A stretch of DNA of 64,000 nucleotides. Source: Dehalococcoidales bacterium. Lineage in GTDB: Bacteria; Chloroflexota; Dehalococcoidia; Dehalococcoidales; GCA-2688105. Shown in pieces: positions 25,103-34,785 of the stretch. Each line of letters begins with the position of its first letter. Positions within the stretch are counted from its first letter, which is position 1. Made by a program: the position numbers and the translations under genes. Under the pieces are notes generated by a model. It did no database searches. It was not told where the DNA came from and was given only the letters and a program-made list of their open reading frames with translations. The stretch lies in assembly GCA_002688105.1 (NCBI GenBank), contig NZBQ01000044.1, positions 719 through 64,718 on the forward strand, read 5' to 3'.

Positions 25103-26623
25103 ATGAAAGAGGGTAAAGTTTATCTGGTCGGAGCCGGGCCAGGTGATCCCGGCTTGATTTCGGTAAAAGGTCTTGAGTCCCTCAAGAAAGCCGATGTCGT
25201 CATTTATGACCGCCTGCTTGACGAGCGGTTGCTCAATTTAGCTTCCCCTACTGCCGAGATGATATATGTAGGTAAAACACCTGGAGAACATACTAAGCCC
25301 CAAGTCGAGATAAACCAGCTTCTGGTAGAGAAAGCCAAAGAAGGTAAAACCGTAGTACGGCTCAAGGGTGGTGACCCGTTCGTCCTGGGGCGTGGAGGTG
25401 AGGAGGCTGAGGTTCTTGCACAAAACTCTATTCCGTTTGAGGTGGTGCCGGGAATAACTTCGGCGATAGCAGTGCCAGCTTACGCCGGCATCCCAGTCAC
25501 CCACCGCGGGGTTGCGTCATCTTTCGCCGTCATCACCGGTCATGAAGACCCGGGCAAGGATGAATCGAGCATCAACTGGGAGAAACTGGCTACCGGAGTG
25601 GACACTCTGGTCTTCCTCATGGGTGCGAAAAACCTTTCAGAAATAGTCTCCAGACTGATTGAGTTTGGCCGGCCATCAGATACACCGGTCGCAGTGATTA
25701 AGGAAGGTACCAGGCCTGAGCAGAAAACGGTGGTCGGCAGCCTGGGGGATATCGTGGCTAAGGTTAAAGACCACCACCTCATGCCGCCAGCGATTATCGT
25801 CGTTGGAGAGGTGGTCAGACTTAGAGATGAGCTATGTTGGTTTGACAACCGTCCGCTGTTTGGCAAGCGCATCCTGGTCACCCGGTCTCGGCACCAGGTA
25901 AGTACCTTAAGTCAACTGCTCGCCGAGCGCGGCGCCGAGCCGATTGAGCTACCAGCAATTGATATACAGCCAGTAGCCGATAGCAGGGAACTGGACGAGG
26001 CTATTGCTAACCTGAAGCGCTATCACTGGATAGTATTTACTAGCATTAACGGTGTCGCCGCTTTCTGGCAGCGGCTGAAGAACTTAAAGCTGGATAGCCG
26101 TGCCATGTGCGGACTTCAGATTGGTGCCATCGGGCCAGCTACGGCTGAAGCTCTGGCAGTGAGGGGGGTAACTTCCGACTATGTTCCGGAAACCTACACT
26201 ACCGAAGGAATTCTGGCTGGTCTTGGATACCGGGATATTGCCGGACAGCGCTTTCTTCTGCCCCGGGCCGACAAGGCGGATAATGAGCTGGTTCAAGGGA
26301 TTCATAAGCTTGGTGCGGAAGCGCATGAGGTAGCTGTTTATCACACGGTTCCGGCAAACGAATCTATCGCTGAAGCTAAGCGAATGCTAATCGCAGGAGA
26401 AATTGACGTAATTACTTTCACCAGTTCGTCAACGGTTACCAATTTGGTAGCTGCATTTCAGGACGAACCGTTGCCAGTAAACCAAGCGAAAATTGCCTGT
26501 ATCGGGCCCAAAACGGCTGTGGCGGCAACCAGGGCCGGGCTCGAGGTAGATATCCTGGCCGGCGAACAGACCATACCTGGCCTGGTAGGAGCACTAGAAG
26601 AGTACTTTGGAGAGGAGATGTAA
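25103..26623 (+). CDS. cobA/hemD: fused uroporphyrinogen-III C-methyltransferase / uroporphyrinogen-III synthase
   Basis: ATG at 25103, 1 nt after the hemC stop. N-terminus VYLVGAGPGDPGLISVKG (SUMT). The C-terminal ~250 aa are HemD-like. The longer track ORF from 25010 overlaps hemC and was rejected. Confidence 0.9.
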   Translation: MKEGKVYLVGAGPGDPGLISVKGLESLKKADVVIYDRLLDERLLNLASPTAEMIYVGKTPGEHTKPQVEINQLLVEKAKEGKTVVRLKGGDPFVLGRGGEEAEVLAQNSIPFEVVPGITSAIAVPAYAGIPVTHRGVASSFAVITGHEDPGKDESSINWEKLATGVDTLVFLMGAKNLSEIVSRLIEFGRPSDTPVAVIKEGTRPEQKTVVGSLGDIVAKVKDHHLMPPAIIVVGEVVRLRDELCWFDNRPLFGKRILVTRSRHQVSTLSQLLAERGAEPIELPAIDIQPVADSRELDEAIANLKRYHWIVFTSINGVAAFWQRLKNLKLDSRAMCGLQIGAIGPATAEALAVRGVTSDYVPETYTTEGILAGLGYRDIAGQRFLLPRADKADNELVQGIHKLGAEAHEVAVYHTVPANESIAEAKRMLIAGEIDVITFTSSSTVTNLVAAFQDEPLPVNQAKIACIGPKTAVAATRAGLEVDILAGEQTIPGLVGALEEYFGEEM

Positions 26624-27604
26624 ATGGCAGTTTTTCCTCAATTACGCCTGCGCCGCCTACGGCGAACAGAAGCATTAAGGGCTTTGGTTCGGGAAAACCG
26701 GGTTGATATCAGTGACCTTATTTACCCTATGTTCGTTGTTGAGGGTAAGGATATAAGGCAGGGGATTACTTCAATGCCAGGCATCCTTCGTTACTCGCCG
26801 GACCAACTACAAGCAGAAGTCGAAGAGGTATTTAGGCTTAAGATTCCCGCCGTTTTGCTCTTCGGCATACCAGAACACAAGGATGAAACTGGATCATCCG
26901 TCTATCACCCGGAGGGAGTTGTCCAGAAGGCAATACAAGCCATAAAGAATACTGTGCCTGAGCTTCTGGTGGCAACCGACGTTTGTCTTTGTGAATACAC
27001 CAGCCACGGGCACTGCGGAGTAGTGAGCAATGGTGCCATTGATAACGACCGGACATTACCTCTGCTGGCAAAAATGGCTTTGTCTCACGTTGAGGCTGGT
27101 GCTGATATTGTGGCTCCTTCAGATATGATGGATGGTCGGGTGAAAGCAATCAGGGAGACTCTTGACGAAAAGGGCTACCAGCATATCCCCATCCTATCCT
27201 ACGCTGCCAAATACGCTTCGGCATTCTATGGGCCTTTCCGTGAGGCAGCGGAATCAGCTCCCCAGTTCGGTGACCGCCGTTCCTACCAGATGGACCCGCC
27301 CAACGTGCGTGAGGCACTGCGGGAGGTGGAGCAGGATATTGCCGAAGGTGCCGATATCATCATGATTAAACCGGCTTTAGCTTACCTGGATGTGATACGA
27401 GAGGTGCGTAATACCTTCAACTGTCCTCTGGCTGTCTATAATGTCAGCGGCGAGTACGCCATGGTGAAAGCCGCTTGCCAGCAGGGCTGGCTGGACGAGC
27501 GTCAGTTGGTACTGGAGACCCTGACTGCTATCAAGAGAGCCGGGGCTGATATTATTCTGACCTACCATGCCAAAGATGTCGCACGCTGGTTGTTGACAGT
27601 ATGA
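26624..27604 (+). CDS. hemB: porphobilinogen synthase (ALA dehydratase)
   Basis: 326 aa. Cys-rich metal site [14 protein letters not shown]. Active-site region [15 protein letters not shown]. Confidence 0.95.
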   Translation: MAVFPQLRLRRLRRTEALRALVRENRVDISDLIYPMFVVEGKDIRQGITSMPGILRYSPDQLQAEVEEVFRLKIPAVLLFGIPEHKDETGSSVYHPEGVVQKAIQAIKNTVPELLVATDVCLCEYTSHGHCGVVSNGAIDNDRTLPLLAKMALSHVEAGADIVAPSDMMDGRVKAIRETLDEKGYQHIPILSYAAKYASAFYGPFREAAESAPQFGDRRSYQMDPPNVREALREVEQDIAEGADIIMIKPALAYLDVIREVRNTFNCPLAVYNVSGEYAMVKAACQQGWLDERQLVLETLTAIKRAGADIILTYHAKDVARWLLTV

Positions 27605-27614
27605 GGAGGCATTC

Positions 27615-28925
27615 ATGAAACTCGAACGTTCCCGGGGACTTTTTCGAGAAGCCCAGCGGTATCTACCGGGTGGGGTAGATAGCCCGGTACGTGCCTTTAA
27701 AGCCGTTGGGGGAACACCTCCTTTCATCGTAAGGGGGCAAGGCTCTAAGGTATATGATGCCGATGGTAACGAGTACATTGACTATGTTTGCTCCTGGGGA
27801 CCTCTGATTCTGGGACATGCCCATCCGCAAGTAGTCGACGCGTTAAAGAAAGCAATCGAGTGTGGTACCAGCTTTGGTGCGCCAACGGAGCTAGAAATTA
27901 CTTTGGCCAAGATGATTTGCTCCGCCATACCGTCTATTGAAATGGTTAGATTTGTTAACTCGGGTACGGAAGCTACGATGTCAGCGCTACGTCTGGCACG
28001 GGCATTCACCGGCAGAGACAAGATAATAAAGTTCGCTGGCGGCTATCATGGTCACGCCGACGGGCTGCTGGTCAAAGGTGGTTCAGGTCTGGCCACTCTC
28101 GGTCTGCCCAACTCTCCCGGTGTGCCCACCAACTATGCCCATAGCACTTTGGTGGCGCCTTACAACAATGCCAAAGCCGTAGCGCAGCTGTTCCAGCGGT
28201 ATCCCAATGACATCGCGGCTGTTATCGTTGAGCCGGTAGCGGCTAATATGGGAGTAGTGTCACCTCAGCCTGGCTTTCTGGAAAGTCTGCGTGGCCTGAC
28301 CAGCCGGTTCGGTGCGCTTCTTATTTTCGATGAAGTTATCACTGGCTTTCGCGTTACCTATGGAGGAGCACAAAATCTCTTCAAAATTACTCCAGACCTG
28401 ACCTGTTTGGGGAAAATCATCGGTGGAGGTTTACCAGTAGGCGCTTACGGAGGGAAGCAGGAAATTATGGAAATGGTGGCACCAAACGGGCCAGTTTATC
28501 AAGCGGGAACGCTCTCCGGGAACCCACTGGCTATGACCGCAGGCATAGAGACGCTTAAAATCTTAAGCCAGCCAGAAGTCTACGAGAGATTAGAGGATGC
28601 TGCCTCTCGCTTAGAAGAAGGCATTGTCAAGGCAGTCTTTTCACCAAAGTTAAAGTTAACTGTTTCTCGTTTTGCCTCTTTGCTTACCATCTTTTTCAGT
28701 GGTAACCCAGCACTTGATTACGAATCGGTATCGCATGCAGAGACGGCACTTTTTGGTCGATTCTTCCAGCAGCTATTGTCGGAGGGAGTATACTGGTCGC
28801 CATCACAGTTTGAGGCGGCTTTCGTCTCCCTAGCTCACAGTACAGATGATATTCGGTTAACGGTCGGTACAATCTCGAAGGTACTGAGCCACGTAGAACG
28901 CCAATCATTTGAAGGCCTGGCATGA
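27615..28925 (+). CDS. hemL: glutamate-1-semialdehyde 2,1-aminomutase
   Basis: 436 aa. [11 protein letters not shown] and PLP-Lys region [16 protein letters not shown]. Confidence 0.95.
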   Translation: MKLERSRGLFREAQRYLPGGVDSPVRAFKAVGGTPPFIVRGQGSKVYDADGNEYIDYVCSWGPLILGHAHPQVVDALKKAIECGTSFGAPTELEITLAKMICSAIPSIEMVRFVNSGTEATMSALRLARAFTGRDKIIKFAGGYHGHADGLLVKGGSGLATLGLPNSPGVPTNYAHSTLVAPYNNAKAVAQLFQRYPNDIAAVIVEPVAANMGVVSPQPGFLESLRGLTSRFGALLIFDEVITGFRVTYGGAQNLFKITPDLTCLGKIIGGGLPVGAYGGKQEIMEMVAPNGPVYQAGTLSGNPLAMTAGIETLKILSQPEVYERLEDAASRLEEGIVKAVFSPKLKLTVSRFASLLTIFFSGNPALDYESVSHAETALFGRFFQQLLSEGVYWSPSQFEAAFVSLAHSTDDIRLTVGTISKVLSHVERQSFEGLA

Positions 28926-29247
28926 CCATCTGGTTGGTCACGTGAAGTGTTTCATTAATCCATTTAGGCAAAATTAGTCCAAGTAACAAATTTCTGGCTG
29001 TTTACTCCATTGCCCGATATAGCGGATTGCTTAATTTAACGTCCTGTCCTCCTCAACCAGCCTTCTTCATAATAAGTGATGCGGTAATGTTGACCTGTTA
29101 TTCTTCCGCTACTCTTCTGGTTGTGATAAAAAGATGACTTGCTGTGAACCTCATCCCAAGTGATGCGTTACCTTAACCAGCAGCCTGCTGTGTCTATGTC
29201 AAATGCTTGTTATAGCCAAAATCCCACCAAATTCCCTAAGAAGGGTA

Positions 29248-29276
29248 TTGACAGGCTGGGCAAGGCGTGATAGTAT
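29248..29276 (+). promoter_or_regulatory. near-consensus sigma70 promoter of the glutamate synthase operon
   Basis: -35 TTGACA (29248-29253), 17-nt spacer, -10 TAGTAT (29271-29276). Confidence 0.55.
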
Positions 29277-29309
29277 GGCATACGGCAGCTATTTGCCGCA
29301 TATTGCCAT
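29275..29309. promoter_or_regulatory. nested palindromic operator candidate (ATGGCA..CGGCA-gctatt-TGCCG..TGCCAT) overlapping the -10/TSS
   Basis: Inner palindrome GGCA (29284-29287), N6, TGCC (29294-29297). Outer arms atggca (29275-29280) and tgccat (29304-29309). Confidence 0.4.
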
Positions 29310-29331
29310 ACCAAAAGGAAGGCTTATCTAC

Positions 29332-29775
29332 ATGAGGAGGATTTACATTAAGGAAGAGGTTTGTATTGGCTGTCATCTCTGTGAGGTGTATTGCCAACTG
29401 CAACATTCACAATCGAGAGACTTAATCAAGGCATTCAAAAGGGAATCACCCCGACCTTTATCTAGACTCAGGATGGAGGAAAAAAGGCCGGTATCTTTCT
29501 CGGTGCGTTGTCAGCATTGTGATGAATCCCCATGTGTCTATGCCTGTCTTACTGGTGCTCTTAGTCGGGATCCTGATAGCGGCGTGGTCAATGTAGATGA
29601 GGAGAGGTGTATCGGTTGCTGGACGTGCATACTAGTTTGTCCATTTGGCGCTATAAGACAGGAATCCCTGCAGAGAAAGATGGTTAAATGCGACCTGTGT
29701 CAAGGAGAAGATATGCCAGTGTGTGTTACTAATTGCCCTAATGAGGCACTGGTATACGCAGAGACTGATATTTGA
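29332..29775 (+). CDS. 4Fe-4S dicluster ferredoxin-like protein
   Basis: ATG at 29332, preceded by aaaaggaagg. Cys motifs CIGCHLCEVYC, CQHCDESPC, CIGCWTCILVCP and CDLCQGEDMPVC. The longer track ORF from 29203 spans the promoter and was rejected. Confidence 0.8.
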   Translation: MRRIYIKEEVCIGCHLCEVYCQLQHSQSRDLIKAFKRESPRPLSRLRMEEKRPVSFSVRCQHCDESPCVYACLTGALSRDPDSGVVNVDEERCIGCWTCILVCPFGAIRQESLQRKMVKCDLCQGEDMPVCVTNCPNEALVYAETDI

Positions 29776-29900
29776 GGCTAAGGAATCTTGAAAGGACGGA
29801 GATAGAGTGATTGCCATAATTGATTTAATAACCTATGGCAATTTCATAAGGCTTGTTTTGGCAGCGAAAGCAAGCAGCAAGTAAATATGGTAGGGGCATA

Positions 29901-31241
29901 ATGGCAAAGATTGAGAAGGTAGAATACCTGATTATCGGAAATTCTGCCGGGAGCATCGGGGCAGCTGAAGCTATCCGCGAGACAGATAAAGCCGGGGCAA
30001 TTACCATAATCTCCGACGAGCCCTATCCGGCTTACTCCCGACCGCTCATCTCAGAGTATCTGGCTGAAAGGTGTTCCCTGGAGAGAATGCTGTTTCGTTC
30101 GCCTGATTTCTATAAGGTTAACAACATCCAAGCTGTCCTCGGCAAGACGGTGGAGCGGCTTGATACTGAAGCTCATACCATTGAGCTGGATAAAGGCGGA
30201 AGAATAATCTGGGAGAAGTTACTACTTGCTACCGGTGGTTTGCCTGTTGTTCCGCAGATAGAGGGCGTAGCCAGGAGAGGAGTTTTTACCTTTACCACAC
30301 TTGACGATGCCAAGGCGATTGACCGTTTTCTTAGGGGGGTAGCCGGTGCTGTGGTCATCGGTGGCGGTCTCATCGGGGTGAGTATTACCGAAGCCCTGGT
30401 GAAGCGAGGGATAAAGGTTACGGTTGTGGAGATGCAAGAGCGGATATTAAACACTATTCTTGATGAAGAGGCATCGGTGCTGGAGGAGGAAGCTCTCAGG
30501 CAGGCTGGGGCTAGCATCGTGACTGGTCACACCGTGGCTAAAATCAGCTGCGATTCGACAAAGGACGCAGTTAGCAGCGTTACCCTCGACGATGGGAACA
30601 GTATCCCCTGTAATCTGGTGATACTGGCTATCGGTGTCCGGCCACGCACTGAGCTAACCTCTGGCACCGGGATAAAGATAAACCGCGGCATAGTAGTTGA
30701 CCGCTATATGGCTACCTCCAGTCCCGATGTTTATGCCTGCGGTGATGCCGCTGAGGCTTATGATTTTATCTACGGTGAGAATCGGCTCAATCCGGTCTGG
30801 CCCAATGCCTACATTGGGGGAAGGATTGCCGGATTCAATATGGCTGGTGTCCCAACTGAATATTCTGGCGGGACAGCTGTGAATTCCCTGAGATACTTTG
30901 GGCTGGATGTTGTCTCTGCCGGAATGGTGACCCCGCTTGATGATGGTTACGAGGTACTCAGTGAAAAGTATGACCACACCTATAAGAAGGTCGTATTGAA
31001 AGACGGGTTCGTAGTGGGCATGGTCTTTGCTAGCGACATTGAGAAGTCGGGCATTGTCTTCAATTTGATGAAAGACAGGGTAAAAGTTGACGGTTTCAAG
31101 CAAGCGCTAGTTGCTGACAATTTCGGTCTCGTCTCTCTCCCTGAAAAAATATGGCGACCACAGTTGGAAATGCCACCTTCGGTGTCAGCCTCATCAATAA
31201 TCTCCACTGAGCAGCCGGAGGGGATACTCATGGGAGAGTAG
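29901..31241 (+). CDS. FAD/NAD(P)-dependent pyridine nucleotide-disulfide family oxidoreductase
   Basis: ATG at 29901. Two Rossmann motifs (YLIIGNSAGSIGAAEA and AVVIGGGLIGVSITEAL). Also ACGDAAE. Confidence 0.8.
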   Translation: MAKIEKVEYLIIGNSAGSIGAAEAIRETDKAGAITIISDEPYPAYSRPLISEYLAERCSLERMLFRSPDFYKVNNIQAVLGKTVERLDTEAHTIELDKGGRIIWEKLLLATGGLPVVPQIEGVARRGVFTFTTLDDAKAIDRFLRGVAGAVVIGGGLIGVSITEALVKRGIKVTVVEMQERILNTILDEEASVLEEEALRQAGASIVTGHTVAKISCDSTKDAVSSVTLDDGNSIPCNLVILAIGVRPRTELTSGTGIKINRGIVVDRYMATSSPDVYACGDAAEAYDFIYGENRLNPVWPNAYIGGRIAGFNMAGVPTEYSGGTAVNSLRYFGLDVVSAGMVTPLDDGYEVLSEKYDHTYKKVVLKDGFVVGMVFASDIEKSGIVFNLMKDRVKVDGFKQALVADNFGLVSLPEKIWRPQLEMPPSVSASSIISTEQPEGILMGE

Positions 31242-31267
31242 GGATTCATATTCTAGGAGTTAAGAGT

Positions 31268-32407
31268 ATGAGGAATCTAAGTCCGATGAATAACCCTTAC
31301 CGTGATGATAAGGTGATTGATGCCTGCTCTATATTTGGGGTTATGGATACCTCGGGAAGGAGATTCGGCGGAGAAGATGTTATCAGGGCTATTGCCAATA
31401 TGCATGTCCGTGGCAATGGCTTAGGCGGGGGATTCGCTATCTACGGGTTATATCCTGAATATGCTGATGCCTACGCCTTTCATATAATGTACCTGAGCCG
31501 TAAGGGACAGAGAGAGGTAGAAGCATTCCTTAAAGACGGGTTTGATTTGATTTGCGCTGAGGAAGTGCCCACACGACCGACACCGGGGATTGTAGATACG
31601 CCACTGATATGGCGTTACTTTCTCAATGTAGGTCAGCACAAGCTTGGAGAGAAGGCAGAGGATGACTATGTTGTGGACAGGGTAATGGAAATAAATTGCA
31701 GTTTGCCGGATGCTTATGTCTTTTCCAGCGGTAAGGATATGGCAGTGTTCAAGGGTGTGGGCTACCCCGAGGAGATAGCTGCCTATTTTAGCTTGGAGCA
31801 ATACGAGGGTTATCTGTGGACAGCGCATGGCAGATTTCCCACCAATACCCATGGCTGGTGGGGTGGGGCTCACCCATTTTGTATTCTGGACTGGACAGTG
31901 GTTCATAACGGTGAGATTTCATCCTACGGCATAAATCGGTGCTATCTGGAGCAATTCGGCTATAACTGCACCATGCAGACCGATACTGAAGTGGTAGCTT
32001 ATGCCGTTGACCTGCTGATACGCAAGCACAATCTACCGATAGAGATAGTCGCTAATATACTGGCTCCGCCCTTCTGGAGTGATATTGAGCGTTGTCCTCT
32101 GGAGAAACAGAAGCTGCTGCGAACTCTACGACAGGTATACGGCAGCTTGCTCTTAAATGGACCGTTCACAATAATTATTGCCCATCACGGCGAGATGATT
32201 GGACTTACCGACCGCATTAGACTCCGTCCGCTCACAGTTGGGGTAAAGGGTGATAGACTCTATCTTTCATCGGAGGAGTCAGCTATGCGCCTTATCTGTC
32301 CTGACCTGGATAGAACCTGGATTCCAGTTGGTGGCCAACCTATCGTGGGCAGCCTCGGAGCACCGTTACAGCCACAACCGGCGACTATGGGTGGGGAGAC
32401 AATATAA
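31268..32407 (+). CDS. glutamate synthase amidotransferase subunit (class II GATase, GltB domain 1, archaeal split type)
   Basis: 379 aa. Candidate nucleophile Cys in DACSIFGV after a short propeptide. Ntn-type fold family by context with the two downstream subunits. Confidence 0.75.
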   Translation: MRNLSPMNNPYRDDKVIDACSIFGVMDTSGRRFGGEDVIRAIANMHVRGNGLGGGFAIYGLYPEYADAYAFHIMYLSRKGQREVEAFLKDGFDLICAEEVPTRPTPGIVDTPLIWRYFLNVGQHKLGEKAEDDYVVDRVMEINCSLPDAYVFSSGKDMAVFKGVGYPEEIAAYFSLEQYEGYLWTAHGRFPTNTHGWWGGAHPFCILDWTVVHNGEISSYGINRCYLEQFGYNCTMQTDTEVVAYAVDLLIRKHNLPIEIVANILAPPFWSDIERCPLEKQKLLRTLRQVYGSLLLNGPFTIIIAHHGEMIGLTDRIRLRPLTVGVKGDRLYLSSEESAMRLICPDLDRTWIPVGGQPIVGSLGAPLQPQPATMGGETI

Positions 32408-32485
32408 AATGCTAACTAAATTCGTGAGACTAAGGAATATTTGGCAAAAAGGGGAATACCGATACGAGTATGAAGAGGAAAACTG

Positions 32486-33991
32486 ATGAAGACCTATTTA
32501 ACATCTAAGTTTTTAGTGGAACGAGACCCTGAGCGGTGTATCCAGTGTCAGGTGTGTGTCAACCAGTGCACCTTCGATGTTCACTACTATGACACCGAGG
32601 ACGATGAGGTGAGGAGCCGTGAGGAGAACTGTGTCGGCTGCCATCGCTGTGTCGCCTTCTGCCCCACCCAAGCATTAACTTTCAAAAAAAACCCTCTGGA
32701 CTATCGGGAGAACTATAACTGGCGTCCTGATGTTATTGAGGACATCCTGAAACAGGCGGAGACCGGTGGCATGCTCCTCACCGGGATGGGCAATGATAAA
32801 GGCTATCGCATCTACTGGGACCATCTGGTACTCAATGCCAGCCAGGTGACCAATCCCTCCATTGACCCACTGCGTGAACCAATGGAACTTACCACCTATC
32901 TCGGGCGAAAACCAGACAGGGTAGAACTCGACCGGGAGTCCTTCAATCTGAAGACAGAGTTAGCCCCTCAAGTCAAGCTAGAAGTCCCGGTTATGTTTGC
33001 TGCTATGTCTTACGGTGCAGTGAGCCTCAATGTGCACGAATCTCTAGCCCGGGCAGCTACTGAGACAGGGACACTATGGAACACCGGCGAGGGGGGACTT
33101 CACTCCAAGTTACATCAGTATGGCAATAATACTATTGTCCAGGTAGCCTCAGGACGCTTTGGCGTCCATCCCGAATACCTGGATGTGGCCAGGGTAGTTG
33201 AGATTAAGATTGGTCAGGGGGCAAAGCCTGGCATTGGCGGACACCTTCCGGGAGAGAAAGTGAGTGCCGAGGTATCCATGACCCGGATGATTCCCCAAGG
33301 GACCGATGCGCTATCCCCGGCACCACAGCATGATATTTACTCCATTGAGGACCTGGCTCAACTCGTCTACGCCCTAAAGGAAGCCATAAACTATACCAAG
33401 CCGGTAGCGGTGAAGATAGCCGCTGTCCATAACTCAGCCGCCATTGCCAGTGGTATGGTACGGGCCGGCGCCGACATTATTGTTCTTGATGGGCTTAGGG
33501 GAGCCACTGGTGCTGCCCCCAAGGTTATTCGTGATAATGTGGGCATCCCAATCGAGATGGCGCTGGCCTCGGTGGATAGCCGACTAAGGCAGGAGGGCAT
33601 ACGCAACCAGGCCTCGATTGTTATCTCAGGTGGCATAAGAAGTAGCGGTGACGTGGCTAAGGCAATTGCCCTTGGTGCTGATGCAGTGTATATCGGGACT
33701 GCGGCTCTAGTTGCCTTAGGCTGCGCTGTTTGCCAGCAATGTCACACCGGCAAGTGCGCCTGGGGTATCTGCACCACTGACCTCGCTCTGACCAAGAGGG
33801 TCAACCCTGACATTGGTGCCCGGCGGCTGGCAAATCTCCTTCGTGGCTGGAGCCTGGAGCTTAAGGATATACTGGGAGGCATGGGTATTAACGCTCTGGA
33901 GAGCCTGAGAGGCAACCGCTTGCACTTGAGAGGTGTTGGGCTTACTGACACCGAACTCGAAATTCTAGGAGTAAGGATGGCAGGAAACTGA
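32486..33991 (+). CDS. glutamate synthase FMN/Fe-S subunit (GltB domain 2) with N-terminal 2x[4Fe-4S] ferredoxin domain
   Basis: 501 aa. CIQCQVCVNQC and CVGCHRCVAFCP. Also NTGEGGL, KIGQGAKPGIGGHLPG and a C-terminal Cys cluster CAVCQQCHTGKC. Confidence 0.85.
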   Translation: MKTYLTSKFLVERDPERCIQCQVCVNQCTFDVHYYDTEDDEVRSREENCVGCHRCVAFCPTQALTFKKNPLDYRENYNWRPDVIEDILKQAETGGMLLTGMGNDKGYRIYWDHLVLNASQVTNPSIDPLREPMELTTYLGRKPDRVELDRESFNLKTELAPQVKLEVPVMFAAMSYGAVSLNVHESLARAATETGTLWNTGEGGLHSKLHQYGNNTIVQVASGRFGVHPEYLDVARVVEIKIGQGAKPGIGGHLPGEKVSAEVSMTRMIPQGTDALSPAPQHDIYSIEDLAQLVYALKEAINYTKPVAVKIAAVHNSAAIASGMVRAGADIIVLDGLRGATGAAPKVIRDNVGIPIEMALASVDSRLRQEGIRNQASIVISGGIRSSGDVAKAIALGADAVYIGTAALVALGCAVCQQCHTGKCAWGICTTDLALTKRVNPDIGARRLANLLRGWSLELKDILGGMGINALESLRGNRLHLRGVGLTDTELEILGVRMAGN

Positions 33992-33992
33992 A

Positions 33993-34754
33993 ATGGCAAA
34001 AAGGGCAGCCAATTCTGTAGTGAAGATAGACGCCGGTGGCGTTTTATATCGGGAGCTTAACGCCAGACTGAGAGACGTAGCCTCAAATGGTGTTCAGAGA
34101 ATTGAGCTTCAAAATGTCTACGGACAGAGGTACATTGGCACTGACCTAGGCAAGCCGGTAGAAATTGAGGTCTTCGGTACCCCGGGTAACGGCCTGGGAG
34201 CATTTATGGACGGACCGAGGATTATTGTACACGGCAACGCTCAGGATGGCAGTGGGAATACCATGAATGAAGGTGAGATAATTGTCCATGGACATGCCGG
34301 GGATATTACTGGACTGTCAGCCCGGGGAGGCAAAATCTTTGTCCGAGATGATGCTGGCTATCGGGCAGGCATCCATATGAAGGAGTATCAAGATAAGAAG
34401 CCAGTCCTGGTCATCGGTGGTACTGCCCAGGACTTCCTCGGCGAGTATATGGCAGGTGGTATCCTGATTCTACTAGGTCTGAATCTTAATGCCGGGGAAT
34501 ACCATACGGCTAATTTTATTGGCACCGGCATGCATGGGGGCGTGATTTACCTGAGAGGAAGTGTTGAGGGTTATCAATTAGGCAAGGAAGTAGACGTTGC
34601 CACACTGGAAGATAAGGACTACCAGATTCTTCAGAAATTCGTTGGCGAGTTTGCCTCCCATTTTGGCTACGATGCCGTAGGTATATTGAAACATAAGTTC
34701 GTCAAGCTCTTCCCTCGTTGGCTCCGACCTTATGGAAGGCTTTATGCCTACTGA
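33993..34754 (+). CDS. glutamate synthase GXGXG-motif subunit (GltB domain 3)
   Basis: 253 aa. Repeated beta-helix motifs VFGTPGNGLGAFMDG, VHGNAQDGSGNTMNEG and VHGHAGD. Confidence 0.85.
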   Translation: MAKRAANSVVKIDAGGVLYRELNARLRDVASNGVQRIELQNVYGQRYIGTDLGKPVEIEVFGTPGNGLGAFMDGPRIIVHGNAQDGSGNTMNEGEIIVHGHAGDITGLSARGGKIFVRDDAGYRAGIHMKEYQDKKPVLVIGGTAQDFLGEYMAGGILILLGLNLNAGEYHTANFIGTGMHGGVIYLRGSVEGYQLGKEVDVATLEDKDYQILQKFVGEFASHFGYDAVGILKHKFVKLFPRWLRPYGRLYAY

Positions 34755-34785
34755 GCAGAGGAGTATTTGAGGCAGAGGTGGTATA

